Below are positions 20,382 through 30,046 of a DNA stretch of 64,000 nt, piece after piece. The notes below the pieces were generated by a model that saw nothing but the letters and a program-made list of their open reading frames with translations, did no database searches and was not told the origin of the DNA. Where the stretch lies: assembly GCA_035510575.1 (NCBI GenBank), contig DATKGV010000004.1:6839-70838 (forward strand), written 5' to 3'. A program made the position numbers and the translations under genes. Within the stretch, counting starts at the first letter, position 1; every line of letters begins with the position of its first letter. The DNA is from Minisyncoccota bacterium (GTDB taxonomy: Bacteria; Patescibacteriota; Minisyncoccia; Phycocordibacterales; UBA9973).

Positions 20382-20675
20382 ATGATTTATAAAAATCTTA
20401 TAAGAGAAATGGGATTAACTCAGAGTTATATGATTTTATTAGGTGCAACTGTCGATTTCCAAAAGGCATTTTATGAAAAAGCTGCAGCAATTATAAATGC
20501 AGTATGTAAAGAATTAAGAATAACACAAAAAGAAATTCTTAATTCCGAGCTATTCAAAAAAGCTAGTACAGATGACAGTGTACAATTTAATAGTGAGGAA
20601 GTAGAAAAAGCGTACACTGATTTTAAGATCTGGTATGAAAAAAATGTAGTTAATTGTTATGAAGCGTCACAATAG
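20382..20675 (+). CDS. hypothetical protein
   Basis: 97 aa. Terminator hairpin atgaagcg...cgcttcat-ttttttg overlaps its stop (20653-20692). Confidence 0.3.
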   Translation: MIYKNLIREMGLTQSYMILLGATVDFQKAFYEKAAAIINAVCKELRITQKEILNSELFKKASTDDSVQFNSEEVEKAYTDFKIWYEKNVVNCYEASQ

Positions 20676-20718
20676 GCGCTTCATTTTTTTGTTTAAATAA
20701 TGAAGCTTACAACATTTG

Positions 20719-20790
20719 TGACCTCACTGGGAATCGCACCCAGCTTCCAAGCTTGAGAAGCTTGTGTCCTAACTGATAGACGATGAGGCC
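20719..20790 (-). tRNA. tRNA-Glu (anticodon CUC)
   Basis: Minus-strand cloverleaf: GGCCTCA / TC / GTCT-ATCAGTTA-GGAC / A / CAAGC-TTCTCAA-GCTTG / GAAG / CTGGG-TGCGATT-CCCAG / TGAGGTC / A. Anticodon CTC. G54 in the T-loop is atypical. No encoded CCA. Confidence 0.65.
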
Positions 20791-21032
20791 AATATTTTTA
20801 TTTTATTTTTTATATACTTTCTACCAAAACCACTTTTGAAATATTTTTCTTTTTTCCTCGCATCCTGTATGTTATCCGTATTTTCATAATAAATCAATTC
20901 AAAAGGTGCTCTAGACCTTGTTGATCTTACTGTTTTATTATTATGATTTTCTAATCTTTTCTCAAGATTATTAGTAAACCCATAATATAGCTTATTATCT
21001 ATTTTACTTTTTATAACGTATACAAAGTACAT
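20769..21032 (-). CDS. GIY-YIG nuclease superfamily protein (YhbQ/UPF0213-like)
   Basis: MYFVYVIKSKIDNKLYYGFTNNLEKRLENHN is a GIY-YIG motif. The last 7 codons are read from the tRNA-Glu 5' end. The longer track ORF (to 21113) has an N-terminus encoded by a duplicated tRNA fragment plus hairpin element A2. Confidence 0.6.
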   Translation of the reverse strand: MYFVYVIKSKIDNKLYYGFTNNLEKRLENHNNKTVRSTRSRAPFELIYYENTDNIQDARKKEKYFKSGFGRKYIKNKIKILASSSIS

Positions 21033-21050
21033 ATTTTGATGTCCTAACTG

Positions 21051-21115
21051 ATACCTGCCCGCCCTCACGAAAGCTCGTTCGGGAGCAGGCGGGGACGATG
21101 AGGCCATTGACACTA
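21051..21115 (-). repeat. partial duplicate of tRNA-Glu nucleotides 1-25, interrupted by the 40-nt GC-rich hairpin element A2 (21064-21103)
   Basis: gtcctaactgata + cctgcccgccctcacgaaagctcgttcgggagcaggcggg + gacgatgaggcc. The flanking 25 nt are identical to 20766-20790. Confidence 0.7.
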
Positions 21116-21200
21116 TTTAATAAAATTAACAAAATATACGATTATTTACAAGTAGATAAAATAATAGCCGTCCAACAATATGAACGGCTATATATTTTAA

Positions 21201-21473
21201 TTACCACAAGACAGCTTTGGCTGCAGAAACCGCATAGGATGTGTTGCCATTTTCAAGAGCAGTTAAATCTTTTCCTTCCAAAAGGATAACCCATTGTACC
21301 CATTTTTTAACTTTTCCCATGATAGGATGATGCTTTCCACACCCACATTTAACAGCAACTTTAATAAAGAAATTATTTGTAATAATTTCTTCAACATGAC
21401 ATTTTTCAGGACGTTTTGGAGAATTATTCTCTAATTCCTGAAATTCTGGCAGATAATTAATTTTCGTTCTCAT
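21201..21473 (-). CDS. hypothetical Cys/His-containing small protein
   Basis: 90 aa with CHVEE ... CGCGKHH. Confidence 0.25.
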   Translation of the reverse strand: MRTKINYLPEFQELENNSPKRPEKCHVEEIITNNFFIKVAVKCGCGKHHPIMGKVKKWVQWVILLEGKDLTALENGNTSYAVSAAKAVLW

Positions 21474-21539
21474 AATCTTATTGATTTAATTGAACATTTA
21501 CCAGTACTTTTGCATATTTCAAAAAATAAAGCAAGCAAA

Positions 21540-22850
21540 CTACCTAATTTGCCATTCTTTCTCTTGCCTGCATAGGAGCTTCGTTTTGAGTTCAGGATGC
21601 GCCATAATGGCCTCTACAGCCCTTTCCAGGCGTATTCCTTGGGAACCTTTCAAAAGCACTATATCCCCTTTTCGGATGATTCCCTTCAAGTATTCTCCCG
21701 TAATTTTAGATGAATCAAAACTGTGAATTTTCTCTGCTTTAAAACCGCTATCAATAGCGCTTTCTGCTATCAATTTTGCTCTAGGCCCGACCACGACAAG
21801 CATGTCTGCCACACCCGCGACTTTCTGCCCGATAGCGCGATGGGCCTCATCTGTAAATTTGCCAAGTTCAAGCATATCGCCCAAAACGGCAATTTTATTC
21901 TTGCCTTTCATTTCCGCCAGCACTTCAATCGCCGCTTCCATCGCCACAGGCGAGGCGTTATAAGTATCATCGATTATAACTGAATTATTTATTCCTTCAA
22001 TAAGCGAGAGCCGGCCAGGCGGATTAACATATTCAGAAACCGCGCTTATGGATTGCAAAAGATCGCATCCCAATTCATTGGCGCAAGCGATGGAGGCAAG
22101 TGCTGATCCGATATAGTGCATGCCGATAATATGCGGCAAATTTACCGGGAAAGTATTGCCGCCATATTCCAGTTTGAAATTAATTCCTGTCGGGATAGTT
22201 ACGCCATTTTCTGTTTTGTACAGATAAGCGGGGTAAGCAAAGCGATATGTGGCATTGTCGTGCATCCCATACGAGACAGTTCTTCTTTTAGCTTTGTCAT
22301 GAAGAGCGTAGACCTTTTCATCATCATGATTCAATATTAGAACGCCGTCTTTTTTCATAGCAAGAGCAATAGCGCTCTTTTCTTCAATCACTTTTTCGGC
22401 GCTGCCGAAGAATTCAACATGAACCGGCTTATCGGGAAATCTGGTGACAACGACAATATCCGGCAGAAGCCATTTGGCTACGCTCTTTATGTCATTCGGC
22501 TTGCCAGCTCCAACTTCAAGCACAAGATATTCCGGATATGGCTGTTTCTTAATTAGAATAATAAAACCATGAATTACGATCTCAAACCAAGTAAAAAAAC
22601 TATTCCATCCATTGGAAGCTCCAAGAATAGTCAGAGGAAGGCCTATTTCGCTATTAAAGCTCTTTTCGCTTTTGCGGACAGTTTTGAATTTTGCAAGCAC
22701 GGCAAAAATGGCATCTTTAGTTGAAGTTTTCCCGACTGATCCGGTCACAGCAATAATTTTCGGGCGATAACGCGCTAAAACAAGCTTGGCTTGCCAAGTT
22801 ATTATTGTTACGACAATTTGCTTTAAAATTTGTTTAGATATTTTTTCCAT
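21540..22850 (-). CDS. murF: UDP-N-acetylmuramoyl-tripeptide--D-alanyl-D-alanine ligase
   Basis: Mur ligase P-loop IAVTGSVGKTSTKD. Lies after ftsI in a dcw cluster. Confidence 0.7.
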   Translation of the reverse strand: MEKISKQILKQIVVTIITWQAKLVLARYRPKIIAVTGSVGKTSTKDAIFAVLAKFKTVRKSEKSFNSEIGLPLTILGASNGWNSFFTWFEIVIHGFIILIKKQPYPEYLVLEVGAGKPNDIKSVAKWLLPDIVVVTRFPDKPVHVEFFGSAEKVIEEKSAIALAMKKDGVLILNHDDEKVYALHDKAKRRTVSYGMHDNATYRFAYPAYLYKTENGVTIPTGINFKLEYGGNTFPVNLPHIIGMHYIGSALASIACANELGCDLLQSISAVSEYVNPPGRLSLIEGINNSVIIDDTYNASPVAMEAAIEVLAEMKGKNKIAVLGDMLELGKFTDEAHRAIGQKVAGVADMLVVVGPRAKLIAESAIDSGFKAEKIHSFDSSKITGEYLKGIIRKGDIVLLKGSQGIRLERAVEAIMAHPELKTKLLCRQEKEWQIR

Positions 22851-22852
22851 AA

Positions 22853-24562
22853 TTATCTGTCCGGCGGAACATCATAATAATTCATGAGGAATTTTGCTAT
22901 ATCCATGAATGGCGGTATGAGCGTCTGCGAAGCATATTTGACCTCCTTGGGATTTTCAAGAAAAAGAAAGATCAGAAATTTGGGATCATAAGCTGGAAAG
23001 TAGCTGAAGAATGAATGCATATGGCGGTCTGCATAATACCCTTTTCCGTTTTCCATTGCTATCTGCGCAGTGCCAGTTTTTGCCGCGACGCTGTAATGAT
23101 CAAATTTATGAATGCCATTATCGTATGATTCAAAAACATGCACAAGCATCTGAGTAATAGTATCCGACGTCTCCTTCTTTATTATACCCTGACGCCCCGC
23201 CGGATAGCCAATGTTTTTTGACAGTCCGTCATCATATTTGATCTCTTTGACTAAATGCGGAGTTATAAGATTGCCTCCATTGGCGATAGCCGAGAATGCT
23301 CTGGCAGCCTCCATAGGAGTCAAAGCTATGCCCTGGCCGAAAGCCGCATTAGCATACTCTAAATCGCGCGGGCTTTCAAGATTTTTTATCAATCCGGATG
23401 TTTCATTCGGCAAATCAATGCCTGTTTTTTCGCCTATGCCATAGGCCTCGAGATATGAGCGCATATTGGCATGGCCAAGCTTGCTCGCCACAAAGACCAT
23501 GCCTGTATTGAGCGATTGATCAAGCACGGTCTGCATCGTGGATAAGCCGCGGCCTTTATTGTCAAAGTTATTTATCTGCTTGTTGTTGACAATTACAAAT
23601 CCCTTGTCAAAATAAGTGGTCTCCGGCGTAACTGCGTTAACGTCAATTGCCGCCGACATGATAAGCGGCTTGATAACCGATCCGAATTCATAAACGTTTT
23701 CAATCAGAGGGTTGCGATAAACGCTTGTATCAGGCACGCTTGCAAAATTGTTCAAGTCGAAAGTCGGATTGCCCGCCATGGCGTAGATTTCGCCTGTTTG
23801 CGGATTTATGATTATGCCGCCGGCTTGATCGGCATGCCACTTATCCATAGTTTCAGCCAGTTCTGTCTCAAGCATATGCTCAGTCGACGGCTCAATAGTG
23901 GTTACAATATCGCCCTGCGCGCTGCTGTCTGAAATGCTATCGCGAAGATTTGAAAATACTTCAGCGAAAAAATTCACATATGATTCATCTTTGGGTTTTG
24001 ACAATACATTATCATAATATCGTTCAAGCCCATATTGGCCCACTAGATCATTATCCTTATAGGCAAGGAATCCCAGAGTATGAGCGGACATGCTTGCGCC
24101 AGGATAGAAACGCCAGTTGTCCTTGTATATTGAAACTCCTTTCAAATCAAGGCCGCTAATCTCATCTGCTTGCTCTTTTGTTAGATGAGTTGCTACTTCT
24201 TCATATGGGTCATTTTTTTTTGCCGCTTTACTTATGAAAATATCATGATCCATAGTCAAATAGTTATGAAGAGATTCGTATATTGATTCCGGATCTTGTA
24301 TATTTTTAGGATTTAAGGCAATTTTAAAGCCTGCAGATATAGTCGCCCCAGCCACGAGAGATCCATCTTTTTTTGTAAGAAATATAGAACCTCTATTGAA
24401 CATGTCGCCGGCCGGAGTGGCATATTGCTTATCCGCTTTTTCCGCATATAAATTATTATGAATAATTTGGATAAGAAAGAGCTTGGCGACAAGAATGCCA
24501 GCAAACAAAAAAATAAATACGGAGATAGTCCTTATTCGCGATTGGAACGAGTGAAAATTCAT
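22853..24562 (-). CDS. ftsI: penicillin-binding protein 2 / FtsI-type transpeptidase
   Basis: N-terminal TM. SxxK (FGSVIKP), SxN-like region and KTGTA motifs. Confidence 0.8.
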   Translation of the reverse strand: MNFHSFQSRIRTISVFIFLFAGILVAKLFLIQIIHNNLYAEKADKQYATPAGDMFNRGSIFLTKKDGSLVAGATISAGFKIALNPKNIQDPESIYESLHNYLTMDHDIFISKAAKKNDPYEEVATHLTKEQADEISGLDLKGVSIYKDNWRFYPGASMSAHTLGFLAYKDNDLVGQYGLERYYDNVLSKPKDESYVNFFAEVFSNLRDSISDSSAQGDIVTTIEPSTEHMLETELAETMDKWHADQAGGIIINPQTGEIYAMAGNPTFDLNNFASVPDTSVYRNPLIENVYEFGSVIKPLIMSAAIDVNAVTPETTYFDKGFVIVNNKQINNFDNKGRGLSTMQTVLDQSLNTGMVFVASKLGHANMRSYLEAYGIGEKTGIDLPNETSGLIKNLESPRDLEYANAAFGQGIALTPMEAARAFSAIANGGNLITPHLVKEIKYDDGLSKNIGYPAGRQGIIKKETSDTITQMLVHVFESYDNGIHKFDHYSVAAKTGTAQIAMENGKGYYADRHMHSFFSYFPAYDPKFLIFLFLENPKEVKYASQTLIPPFMDIAKFLMNYYDVPPDR

Positions 24563-24885
24563 CAGCGTATAGCGACACGTGGAGTGGCGCGTGTGGCAAA
24601 TAAATTATTATTTGCATCGACGAATCCTTTAGATAAAGCGTAATTTTTATCAATTTTATCGGAACTGTCGAGATACTCAAGCTCAAGCTGGTTTACATTA
24701 TGAGAAAGCGCGCTGATCGTATTTGTAAGGGACTTAGAAGCTAAAACATTGAAAGTAATGGAACCTATCAGATAAATATAGATGCAAAAAAGAAAAGACA
24801 AAGAGGAAACAAGCACGCGGAACAATATGCGCTGAGTGCTTTCGTTTTTCGCTATATAAGTTGTAATTTCTTTTGCTTTGCTCAT
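24562..24885 (-). CDS. ftsL: cell division protein FtsL-like
   Basis: 107 aa single-TM coiled-coil protein between rsmH and ftsI. Confidence 0.5.
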   Translation of the reverse strand: MSKAKEITTYIAKNESTQRILFRVLVSSLSFLFCIYIYLIGSITFNVLASKSLTNTISALSHNVNQLELEYLDSSDKIDKNYALSKGFVDANNNLFATRATPRVAIR

Positions 24886-25790
24886 ATTTTTTCTATTATC
24901 CTTAATTTGGCGCTGCGGGAGCGCGGATTCTCGCGCAATTCATCATCGCTCGGTGTTATGGGTTTTTTGGTGATAATATTCGCATATCCTTTTTGTTTTA
25001 AATCAACGAAGGCGCGCTTGACTATGCGATCCTCCAAGCTGTGAAAAGTTATAATTGCCATGCGTCCATTGTCTCCAAGCAGGTTAAATCCTTTTTCTAT
25101 AGCTTTTTCCAGATTTACGAGTTCGCTGTTCGTTGCTATGCGAAGGGCTTGGAAAGTCCTTGTTGCCGGATGGATTTTCATCCTCTTATAGCTCCTGCCC
25201 ACGGCTTCATCGATTATCTTCACTAAATCAAATGTGGTCTTTATGGGCTTTTTTTTGCGGGCATCTATAATGGCCTTGGCAATCTTGCGGGAATATTTCT
25301 CTTCACCGAAGCCGTATATGATATCAGCTAGTGTTTTCTCTTCCCACGTATTCACGATATCGCGGGCCGTTAAGTCATCATCAGTTGGATCTTTTTTCAT
25401 CGTCATCAGAAGCGGTTCATCTTTTAAAAAAGAGAATCCCCTGCCCGCCTCTTCCAGCTGGAATGAACTGATGCCAAGATCAAGCAATATTCTGTCTGCA
25501 TGAATGATATTCAACTCATGAAGAATTTTATCCATGTCTTGAAAGCCAGCCGTCCGCAAAATTGCATCGTGCGGAAGATCGCCTACTAATGATTTGAAGC
25601 GGCCGACTGCATCGGAATCCAGATCAAGGCCGATAATCTTAATGCCTGAACCGAAACGGCGGATTATTTCAAAACTATGCCCCCCGCCGCCAAGCGTTCC
25701 GTCAACGACAATATCGCCGGACTTTATCTTAAGCCCGTCAATCGATTCGTTTTTCAGTACTGAAATATGCGTCATATTATTAAAGAACAC
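24882..25790 (-). CDS. rsmH: 16S rRNA (cytosine1402-N4)-methyltransferase
   Basis: HISVLKNESIDGL ... DGTLGGGGHS. Confidence 0.85.
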   Translation of the reverse strand: MFFNNMTHISVLKNESIDGLKIKSGDIVVDGTLGGGGHSFEIIRRFGSGIKIIGLDLDSDAVGRFKSLVGDLPHDAILRTAGFQDMDKILHELNIIHADRILLDLGISSFQLEEAGRGFSFLKDEPLLMTMKKDPTDDDLTARDIVNTWEEKTLADIIYGFGEEKYSRKIAKAIIDARKKKPIKTTFDLVKIIDEAVGRSYKRMKIHPATRTFQALRIATNSELVNLEKAIEKGFNLLGDNGRMAIITFHSLEDRIVKRAFVDLKQKGYANIITKKPITPSDDELRENPRSRSAKLRIIEKI

Positions 25791-26214
25791 CTACCTGCCC
25801 TAATTTATCGGCGAGGGCGTCTGCCTGCGCTTCTACAACTTTCTTGTAGTCATTCCATGCTTTTTCGTTCCAGATTTCTGCGCGATTCTGCACTCCAATA
25901 ACAGTCACTTTGGTAGAGAGACCTGAACGATTTTTTAAATTTTCCGGGATCAGTATTCGGCCTTGGGCATCCACATCGACTATGACTGCCTGACCGAACA
26001 TAAATCTCGAGAAACTTCTGTTGTCGCTAGCCAGCATTGATGAATCAGAAAGTTTAGCGGAAATTTTTTGCCATTCTTTCGTTGTAAATATTGAAAGGCA
26101 ATTATCAAGCCCCGGGGCGACGACAACGCTGCTGCCCATCTCCTTGCGGAATTTCACCGGTAATGACATGCGATTCTTTTCATCCAATGTATGGTTGTAT
26201 TCTCCGATTAGCAT
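25780..26214 (-). CDS. mraZ: transcriptional regulator MraZ
   Basis: MLIGEYNHTLDEKNRMSLPVKFR. Duplicated MraZ fold. Confidence 0.85.
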   Translation of the reverse strand: MLIGEYNHTLDEKNRMSLPVKFRKEMGSSVVVAPGLDNCLSIFTTKEWQKISAKLSDSSMLASDNRSFSRFMFGQAVIVDVDAQGRILIPENLKNRSGLSTKVTVIGVQNRAEIWNEKAWNDYKKVVEAQADALADKLGQVGVL

Positions 26215-26392
26215 ATAAAGTAAAGTGGAATATGATTAAAATTCTTAAATCCCACTATATCCCACTGGGTTCTATTATAAACCACTTCATCCCACAATAC
26301 AAATACCGCTCCCCACTCTAAACTGTGGATAACTAAACAGCAAAAAAGGCATCCAAATTATGAATGCCTTTTTAAAAAATATAACCTCTTAA

Positions 26393-26548
26393 TCAGAAGT
26401 CATCTCCATAGAGTATTTCTTTTTTTCTTGCTCTTTTACTCCTTTTTGCTGTTTCCACTAATTTATCTACTAATTTTCTACGAAACCTTCTTTTACTTGA
26501 AGTTTCGCTTAATTCTGCATAAAAATCATTTGTACTCTTTGTACTCAT
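26393..26548 (-). CDS. possible small basic protein (51 aa), unannotated by the ORF track
   Basis: MSTKSTNDFYAELSETSSKRRFRRKLVDKLVETAKRSKRARKKEILYGDDF, followed by the hairpin aaggcat...atgcctt. Below the track length cutoff. Confidence 0.2.
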   Translation of the reverse strand: MSTKSTNDFYAELSETSSKRRFRRKLVDKLVETAKRSKRARKKEILYGDDF

Positions 26549-26611
26549 AGTTTTTAAATATTTAATTTTTCTACATTATACAGTATTTAAATTATAAAGT
26601 CAATTTTTTAT

Positions 26612-28066
26612 TTATCTTGGTTTCATTAGCGGAAAAGCTTGCGTTTCGCGGATTGGTTTATCTACCATAAAGGCAAAAAGTCGTTCAGGGAAACCGAAAC
26701 CGCAAGTCGGCGGCATGCCATGCTCTAGCATTTCCACAAATTCCCATTCTGGCATCATAGCTTCGTTATCGCCCCGATCAATAAGCTTCTGTTGCGCCTC
26801 AAAGCGTGCTCGCTGATCAATAGGATCATTGAGTTCTGAGAATCCATTCCCTACTTCGCTGCCGGCAATTATTATCTGGAATCTTTCTGTCAGTTGTGGA
26901 TTATCAACACAAGCTTTCGCCAGTGGAGAAACAAGTTTAGGATGATTAATTAAAAATACTGGACCAGATATATTCATACGACAATATTTCCATAAGGTAT
27001 CCATTAAACGCTCGCGATTATTACCTTCATATTTCACGCCTAACTCATCAAGCTTATTTTTCATTTCTTTATCAGATGATTTCAAAACATCAATGCCAGT
27101 TTGCTTCAAAACTTCTTGCTGGTAATCAATTCTTGGCCACTCACCCGAAAGATCAAAAGTGTATCCACGTGTTGTAAACGTAGTCGTGCCAAAAACTTCC
27201 TCAGCAATTTTTTGATAAAGTTCTTGAGATAATTTCATCCCGTCTTTATAATTCGCATATGCCCAATAAAATTCCATATTGGTAAACTCCTGCAAGTGGT
27301 CGGGGCTTGTGCCCTCATTGCGATAAACTCGCCCAATTTCAAAAGTTTTTGGAAATCCTGCCGCCATTAGGCGCTTCTGCCAAAGCTCTCCGACTGAAAT
27401 ACGGAGAAAAACATCAAGATCAAAATCTTTATGATGCGTCTTAAAAGGATTGGCTTCAGCCCCGCCGGTGGTAATCTCAAGCGTCGGCGTTTCAACTTCA
27501 AGAAAACCGCGCTCTTTCATAAAATTGCGAGTCACTTCCCAAAACTTGGCTTTTTTTATAAAAAGATCTTTAAGTTCCGGAGCGGTTAAAATGTCAAGAT
27601 ATCTTTTTCGAAAACGTTCCTCTGCATCCTGAAGTCCGTGCCATTTGTCAGGAAGCGGAGCAAGCGCTTTTGTAAGAATCCTCCAGTTCTTTACAAGAAT
27701 GGTCTGCTGATTAGTTTTGGTCTGAAATAATGCGCCGGTCACTTCTACAAAATCGGCGATATCAACCGCATCCGTGAAAAGTTTAAAAAGAGCATCGTCT
27801 ATCTCGCCTTTTTTTACTAAGCCCTGAAAATTGCCCGTGCCGTCCGTAAAATTAAAAAATATCAAAGCCCCTTGCGCGCGCAAAGTCATAATTCGGCCGG
27901 CAAGAGTCACTTCGCTTGCTCCAGCTGAAAGCATTTCAAAACCAGAAATAACTTCACCGATAGTGTGAGTGCGGAAAGCCGCAGAAGTGAACGGATTCAT
28001 TCCGGCTTTTTTCAGTATTTCTATTTTCTGCAATCGAGCAATGCGCAATTCTTCAATTGATGCCAT
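26612..28066 (-). CDS. lysS: lysine--tRNA ligase (class II)
   Basis: OB-fold anticodon-binding domain plus class II motifs (FLEVETP ... GRVYRNEG). Start chosen at MASIEEL to avoid overlapping greA. Confidence 0.85.
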   Translation of the reverse strand: MASIEELRIARLQKIEILKKAGMNPFTSAAFRTHTIGEVISGFEMLSAGASEVTLAGRIMTLRAQGALIFFNFTDGTGNFQGLVKKGEIDDALFKLFTDAVDIADFVEVTGALFQTKTNQQTILVKNWRILTKALAPLPDKWHGLQDAEERFRKRYLDILTAPELKDLFIKKAKFWEVTRNFMKERGFLEVETPTLEITTGGAEANPFKTHHKDFDLDVFLRISVGELWQKRLMAAGFPKTFEIGRVYRNEGTSPDHLQEFTNMEFYWAYANYKDGMKLSQELYQKIAEEVFGTTTFTTRGYTFDLSGEWPRIDYQQEVLKQTGIDVLKSSDKEMKNKLDELGVKYEGNNRERLMDTLWKYCRMNISGPVFLINHPKLVSPLAKACVDNPQLTERFQIIIAGSEVGNGFSELNDPIDQRARFEAQQKLIDRGDNEAMMPEWEFVEMLEHGMPPTCGFGFPERLFAFMVDKPIRETQAFPLMKPR

Positions 28067-28070
28067 AGCT

Positions 28071-28541
28071 CTATTGTATATCAACAAGAGTGTATTTGAC
28101 TAGCCCCTTGGGAGTTGTGATTGATATGACATCGCCCTTTCCTTTGCCGAAGAGGGCCTCGCCGAGCGGCGATTTATTGGAAATTTTATTATGCGCCATA
28201 TCAGCTTCTTCAGCGCCGACAATGCCGTATGTAGCGGTATCTTTTGACCCTTCTTTTCTGACTATGACAGTCGTACCGATCTCAACTTTGGCGCTGTGAT
28301 GCTTCTTGACAACAATCGACGATTGAAGCATATATTCAATCTGGTTTATGCGGTCCTCGGTCTTGCCTTGATCTTCGCGGGCTTGATGATATTCGGCATT
28401 TTCGGAAAGGTCGCCCAGAGCTTTGGCGGCCTCAAGCGATTCAAGTATCTCTTTGCGTTTTATGGTCTTTAAATGATTCAATTCATCAAGCAAGGCCTGC
28501 CTTTTTTCCTCAGTTATATAGCTCTTTTCTTCCATAGTCAC
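28071..28541 (-). CDS. greA: transcription elongation factor GreA
   Basis: KALGDLSENAEYHQARED coiled coil plus FKBP-like C-terminus. Confidence 0.85.
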   Translation of the reverse strand: MTMEEKSYITEEKRQALLDELNHLKTIKRKEILESLEAAKALGDLSENAEYHQAREDQGKTEDRINQIEYMLQSSIVVKKHHSAKVEIGTTVIVRKEGSKDTATYGIVGAEEADMAHNKISNKSPLGEALFGKGKGDVISITTPKGLVKYTLVDIQ

Positions 28542-28631
28542 CGAATAGTATCAGTTTTTTATAAATAAGTCAAAGAAAAATAAATATGCGCGATTTTACC
28601 CAAAAAATGCGATCGCAAAAATTAGGTAAAG

Positions 28632-29663
28632 TTATTTAAATGTAGAATTAATTTCTTTTTCTAACTTCTTCGCATCCCCATGCCTCAACATTCCTAAATA
28701 GGATTGTATACTTTCCTCTTTGTAATTGTTCTTTTTCAAATTCCTAAACATTCTTTTCTTGGTCGCTGTCCTTAAAACTCTGTGATACGGGAATTGAACC
28801 CAACCCAAGAAATCCACACCGGAAGCAAGGGTCTTGATATACAGCTTGTCCGGATGAAGTTGTAGTTTTAAATTATTATTTAAGAATTGTGAGATTTTTG
28901 GTATAAGATTCTCAAGATATGATTTGTTTTCTGAAAGAATCACAAAATCATCGGCATATCTGATATAGTATTTTACTTTCAATACATGCTTCATATATTG
29001 GTCAAATTCGTTCATATAGACATTAACTAGAAGTTGAGAAGTCAGATTGCCAAGAGGAAGACCTCGTTTGCTTGATGCTACAAACTCTGCACGTGCAGAG
29101 TTTGTAGCATTTTTGGTATAAAAGCTGTCGATGATGTTTGATAAAAGGATGTGAGTATCAGAATCGTGCATATGCACAGAAATGATACTCTTTAATATTT
29201 CGTGATTAATATTGGCGAAGAATTTGCGTATGTCGCATTTTAAAATCCAGCAAGTTTTAGTATTATTCTTTGAAACTTTTCTTGAGAAATCACGGAAGCG
29301 ATTTATGGCTTTATGAGTTCCCTTACCTATTCGGCATGAATACGAATCATAGATGAATTTCCTATCAAAATATGGGTAGAGTATTCTATATATTGCATGA
29401 TGAAGTAACCTATCTCTAACACTTGCTTTGTGAATATCGCGAGGTTTGGGGTCATTGATTTTAAAAGCTTTATATTCACCATGCTTGTAGGTTTTATTTT
29501 TTAAATCTTGATGCAAATTAAAAATATTATCCATTAATTGCAATTGGAATTTCTGCACATCTTCTTTTTGTTTTTTATCTTTTATAAATTCTTGCCATGC
29601 TAAAAGCAAATTCTCTATGGATGTGATAGAATCAAAACTATGAATAGCACCCCCCCCCCGCAC
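28632..29663 (-). CDS. diversity-generating retroelement reverse transcriptase
   Basis: RT motifs through YADDFVIL. Motif 4 reads LPLGNLTSQLLVNVYMNEFDQYM, the DGR-specific SQ form rather than QGxxxSP. GTG start immediately followed by a G10 tract. Confidence 0.75.
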   Translation of the reverse strand: MRGGGAIHSFDSITSIENLLLAWQEFIKDKKQKEDVQKFQLQLMDNIFNLHQDLKNKTYKHGEYKAFKINDPKPRDIHKASVRDRLLHHAIYRILYPYFDRKFIYDSYSCRIGKGTHKAINRFRDFSRKVSKNNTKTCWILKCDIRKFFANINHEILKSIISVHMHDSDTHILLSNIIDSFYTKNATNSARAEFVASSKRGLPLGNLTSQLLVNVYMNEFDQYMKHVLKVKYYIRYADDFVILSENKSYLENLIPKISQFLNNNLKLQLHPDKLYIKTLASGVDFLGWVQFPYHRVLRTATKKRMFRNLKKNNYKEESIQSYLGMLRHGDAKKLEKEINSTFK

Positions 29664-29721
29664 AATTCAAACCGCTTCGGTCATTAACCGAATCAAGGAA
29701 TCTTTCAGTATTTGGTGCAGT

Positions 29722-30030
29722 TTGATTGTTCCTCATATGCCAAGAACAGCCAGATACACGATTGGCGCAAGAATTGAAAACCATTTCCTTGATCTGCTTG
29801 AACTTGTGTATAAAGCATACTACGCTTCATTTGAAAATAAAAATGAAAAAATTATTGAATGCATAAGTAAAAATGATTTAATTAAATACTTGCTTCAAAT
29901 CGCTTGGGAAAATAAACTGCTCAAAGAAAAACCATATATGGAACTATCTCAAAAACTGCAAGAAGTCGGTAAAATACTTGGCGGGTGGAAAAAAGGAATT
30001 GAAAGTAAAATAAAAACTCCTGCCAAGTGA
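29722..30030 (+). CDS. Avd-like four-helix-bundle accessory protein (bAvd / 23S-IVS protein family)
   Basis: 102 aa helical protein ending ...KLQEVGKILGGWKKGI, closely resembling the bAvd C-terminus (EVGRILGSWIARV). Oriented opposite to the RT and TR. Confidence 0.5.
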   Translation: MIVPHMPRTARYTIGARIENHFLDLLELVYKAYYASFENKNEKIIECISKNDLIKYLLQIAWENKLLKEKPYMELSQKLQEVGKILGGWKKGIESKIKTPAK

Positions 30031-30046
30031 CAGGAGAAAAATGTTT

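Noticed and set aside
20719-21115. Possibility that the GIY-YIG ORF is a group I intron inside tRNA-Glu
   Set aside because: The interruption would be between nt 25 and 26 (D-arm / anticodon-stem junction), not the anticodon loop. The intervening 255 nt are fully occupied by the ORF with no room for a ribozyme core. An intact tRNA copy lies immediately downstream. A target-duplication model fits better.
26089-26112. Perfect palindrome gccccggggc inside mraZ
   Set aside because: Short, single occurrence, and fully consistent with ordinary coding sequence (DVDAQGRIL). Not counted as a mobile element.
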